Source: Rudaea sp.
GTDB lineage: Bacteria > Pseudomonadota > Gammaproteobacteria > Xanthomonadales > Rhodanobacteraceae
NCBI GenBank assembly: GCA_039935035.1
Contig: JBDTLA010000025.1
Location: 8,272 to 72,271 of the forward strand
Direction: 5' to 3'
Length of the DNA: 64,000 nucleotides
This document shows positions 61,319 to 64,000 of this stretch, piece after piece. The position numbers and the translations under genes were made by a program. The notes beneath the pieces are model-generated. The model was not told the DNA's origin and did no database searches. It worked only from the letters and a program-made list of their open reading frames with translations. Each line of letters starts with the position of its first letter. The first letter of the stretch is position 1.

Positions 61319-62107
61319 TCAAGTTGACTCACGCCCGCTGGATCGCTGCTTCCAACTGGCGATACAAATACAAGCGACGATAAATACCACTAACAACAAA
61401 GTAGCCTCCGGACGACTGATATCCAAGCCACCGTCGCTCACGGGCTTGTCCAGAAAATCGCCGACCGTCGCGCCAAGCGGGCGTGTAAGAATGAACGCGG
61501 CCCAGAAAAGCCCGACGCGCGAAATATCCGTGTAAAAGTACATCCCGACCACGATCAACAATGCAAGTCCGAACACCAGCGCGCCACCGATGTAGCCGAC
61601 GTTGGGAGCCGAGGCCAACCAATCGCCCAGGGCAGTTCCGAGCGTTTGCGAAATCGTAATCGTTGCCCAGTAGAAGCATTCCACCGTAGGCGTCTTCACT
61701 GAATAGGCGGAAATCGTTCCTTGCGACCGATACCACGCCGCAAGCAGCGAAAACAGACACAAGGCAAGCAAGATCGAGCCTCCCGCATAGCCGATGCCGA
61801 GCGAGCGATCGGCAAAATCGGCCATCGTTGTCCCCGCCGTTGTCGACGCAATGATCGTGGCCCAGTACAGGAACGGATACAGTCGACGCGCGACGATCTG
61901 CACAGCCACAAGCACGACCAGGAGCGTGAGAAAGATGGCGCTGCTGGTCAGGTAACCGAGATTCAGCGTCATGCTTGCCATGTCGCCGCCGGTTTCTCCG
62001 AGCGTGGTCGCTGCAATCTTGATGATCCAGAAGCCCAGCGTCACCGCCGGAACCTTGCTTGCTGCCGCGCGCAAATCGTTCAATACGTTTCCTTGTTGCC
62101 GATGCAT
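61319..62107 (-). CDS. COG4705/DUF347 membrane protein
   Basis: SKVPAVTLGFWIIKIAATTLGETGGD, GTTMADF, LGTALGD, LTRPLGATVGD. Confidence 0.85.
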   Translation of the reverse strand: MHRQQGNVLNDLRAAASKVPAVTLGFWIIKIAATTLGETGGDMASMTLNLGYLTSSAIFLTLLVVLVAVQIVARRLYPFLYWATIIASTTAGTTMADFADRSLGIGYAGGSILLALCLFSLLAAWYRSQGTISAYSVKTPTVECFYWATITISQTLGTALGDWLASAPNVGYIGGALVFGLALLIVVGMYFYTDISRVGLFWAAFILTRPLGATVGDFLDKPVSDGGLDISRPEATLLLVVFIVACICIASWKQRSSGREST

Positions 62108-62182
62108 GAAGTGCCTCGATCATAGTCGCCGGCTGTTAGAATTCTCAACGCTGGATTTTGAAATCAAGCCAATCAACGCTTG

Positions 62183-62617
62183 CTATCGCCGCAGTGAAAG
62201 CACGACAACGCCGAGCGCGACCAACGCGATACCCAACCATTGCTGCGTGGTGGGCCGTTCGCCCAAAAACACAAACGCGAACACGGCAACGAGCACAAGA
62301 CTCGACTTGTCGACTGGCGCGACCAGCGAGGCATCGCCAATCTGCAGCGCGCGGAAATAGCACACCCACGACGCACCCGTCGCCAATGCGGACAGCGCCA
62401 GGAAGATAAGCGATTTCGACGGAAGCTCGCGCGGATCCCGCCATTTTCCCGTCAACCAAACCCAAGCCGTCAGCACCACAATGATGACAACCGTACGGAT
62501 GAGCGTCGCGTAATCCGAATCGATGTCGCGAATACCGATCTTGGCAAAGATCGCGGTCAGCGCGGCAAACCCTGCCGAGATGATCGCCCAGAAAAACCAG
62601 CCGTAATTCGTCGCCAT
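62183..62617 (-). CDS. Small EamA/DMT-family membrane protein
   Basis: GGAGG RBS; FAALTAIFAKIG, ATGASWVCYFRAL, VAPVDKSS, FLGER. Confidence 0.85.
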   Translation of the reverse strand: MATNYGWFFWAIISAGFAALTAIFAKIGIRDIDSDYATLIRTVVIIVVLTAWVWLTGKWRDPRELPSKSLIFLALSALATGASWVCYFRALQIGDASLVAPVDKSSLVLVAVFAFVFLGERPTTQQWLGIALVALGVVVLSLRR

Positions 62618-62726
62618 GCTACCTATCCTCCAACCGCCAAGTGCCATACTACGCAATGATCGATAATCCTCCTACAACCGGTTTCCCGCCGGCGCCGTTG
62701 GCGTCCGCGCACATTGAGGCAGATCC

Positions 62727-63398
62727 ATGAAAGCAGATTTCTGGCTGCAACGCTGGCGCGAAGGACGCACGGGATTCCATCACGACAAACCTTCCCCATT
62801 GTTGCAAGCGCATTGGCTAAGTCTTTCATTGCCAGCCGATAGCCGCGTACTCGTTCCACTGTCAGGAAAATCCAGGGACATGGTGTGGCTGGCAAGCCAG
62901 GGACACCGCGTACTCGGTGTGGAATTGTCGCCACTGGCGGTCGAACAATTCTTCAAGGAAAACGAATTGCATCCCAGCGTACGCGAAACCCGCGTCGGCA
63001 CACACTTCTGTGCAGGTTCAATCGAGGTAATTTGCGGCGACTTTTTTGGCATCGACAGCGATGTTGTCTCCGATTGCACCGGAGTCTACGATCGCGCCGC
63101 GCTGATTGCGCTTCCCGCCGACATGCGCCAGCGCTACGCCGCGCACCTTTCTTCCATGCTTGCGGCACACTGCCAGATGTTGCTGGTCACTTTGGATTAC
63201 GCGCAAGCCGAAATGGACGGGCCGCCGTTTGCGGTCGGGGCCGCTGAGGTCGACTCACTGTATGGGCGCTACTGGAAAGTCGCGAAACTCGAGCAGCAAG
63301 AGATCCTGTCGGAACAACCGAACCTCGCCGCACAGGGCCTGACCGCACTACAAACAGCGGCCTACCGTCTGCAACGAAACGATCACGCCGTACGATAG
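62727..63398 (+). CDS. tpm: Thiopurine S-methyltransferase
   Basis: FWLQRWREGRTGFH, VLVPLSGKSRDM, GVELS, YDRAALIALP, GPPF. Confidence 0.92.
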   Translation: MKADFWLQRWREGRTGFHHDKPSPLLQAHWLSLSLPADSRVLVPLSGKSRDMVWLASQGHRVLGVELSPLAVEQFFKENELHPSVRETRVGTHFCAGSIEVICGDFFGIDSDVVSDCTGVYDRAALIALPADMRQRYAAHLSSMLAAHCQMLLVTLDYAQAEMDGPPFAVGAAEVDSLYGRYWKVAKLEQQEILSEQPNLAAQGLTALQTAAYRLQRNDHAVR

Positions 63399-64000
63399 TG
63401 TTCCTTGAGGGGGTAGCGTCGCGCGTACAGCCCAAACGCCAGCGCTGCCAGCATGGCAAAGCCCGCAAAGAAGAACATCAGGAACGCATTCTCACTCAGG
63501 CCGGTAGCCGCGATTTGCGTCGTGACCACTTTATTGCGCACGGCGGCGTTGGTCATCAGCACCCAGAGGTTTCCGTACGATACGGAAAGCATCCAGAAAC
63601 TCATGATTACGCCCTTCATGCGTTGCGGTGCCTGACTGTAGGCAAACTCCAGACCGGTCGCCGATACCAGCACTTCACCAAGCGTCAGTAAAACGTAGGG
63701 CGCAACCTGCCACGCAATCGACACGCCAGCACCGGCGTCGATGAACAACTGGATGCCGCCCGCGAAAACCCAGGCAAGCGCCGCAAAAAACAACCCCGTA
63801 CCCATGCGACGCAAGGATGTCACGGTGACGCCCATGCGCCGCAACAGCGGATACACGACGATGTTGTTGAACGGAATCAGCAGCATCACCAATATCGGAT
63901 TCAACGCCTGCATCTGTGCCGGTTCGCGCACCAGCCAGCTCGGCCACCACCAGTGATCGTGCGGCATGGTCATGGCGTTTCCCTGGATGATCCATGTCGA
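63383..64000 (-). CDS. POT/PTR-family oligopeptide:H+ symporter, C-terminal part (5' end beyond the window)
   Basis: QMQALNPILVMLLIP, LRRMG, WQVAPYVLLTLGEVLVSATGLEFAYSQAP...MKGVIMSFW. Confidence 0.85.
   Translation of the reverse strand, partial: STWIIQGNAMTMPHDHWWWPSWLVREPAQMQALNPILVMLLIPFNNIVVYPLLRRMGVTVTSLRRMGTGLFFAALAWVFAGGIQLFIDAGAGVSIAWQVAPYVLLTLGEVLVSATGLEFAYSQAPQRMKGVIMSFWMLSVSYGNLWVLMTNAAVRNKVVTTQIAATGLSENAFLMFFFAGFAMLAALAFGLYARRYPLKEHYRTA

Noticed and set aside
63383-63398. 16-bp overlap of convergent tpm and POT transporter ends
   Set aside because: Short tail-to-tail overlaps are common, and both proteins end plausibly.

Overview
A GC-rich gammaproteobacterial chromosomal segment. 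Gene content and order, plus the D-x-I-F-x-x-G-F motif on secreted proteins, suggest Xanthomonadales, probably a Dokdonella/Rudaea-like Rhodanobacteraceae (inference). Most of it is core genome: xseA; galU/wbpM-like/GT4/lapB/lapA/ihfB/rpsA/cmk; the serC-serA-pheA-hisC-aroA operon; msrPQ; a leucine-catabolism (liu) cluster; efpL; two APC amino-acid permeases; rmuC; and tpm. I recognised no rRNA, tRNA, CRISPR array, prophage or intact transposase. The items most worth a second look are: (1) an orphan ALS-like ThDP enzyme plus an ALDH21-like dehydrogenase, which may form a 2-oxoglutarate decarboxylase/succinic-semialdehyde bypass; (2) a full-length cyanophycinase homologue with all three catalytic residues replaced, translationally coupled to a GNAT; (3) a shared terminal D-x-I-F-x-x-G-F tag on two unrelated exported proteins, a heparinase-II/III-like protein and a DUF1800 protein; (4) a 284-bp IS5-like MITE with TTAA target duplication; (5) a Phd-VapC toxin-antitoxin pair with a clean promoter and operator inserted between aroA and cmk; and (6) a Fur-box cupredoxin-FTR1 cassette and two unknown lipoproteins interrupting the liu cluster. 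All family assignments come from motif recognition by eye; no database search was run.
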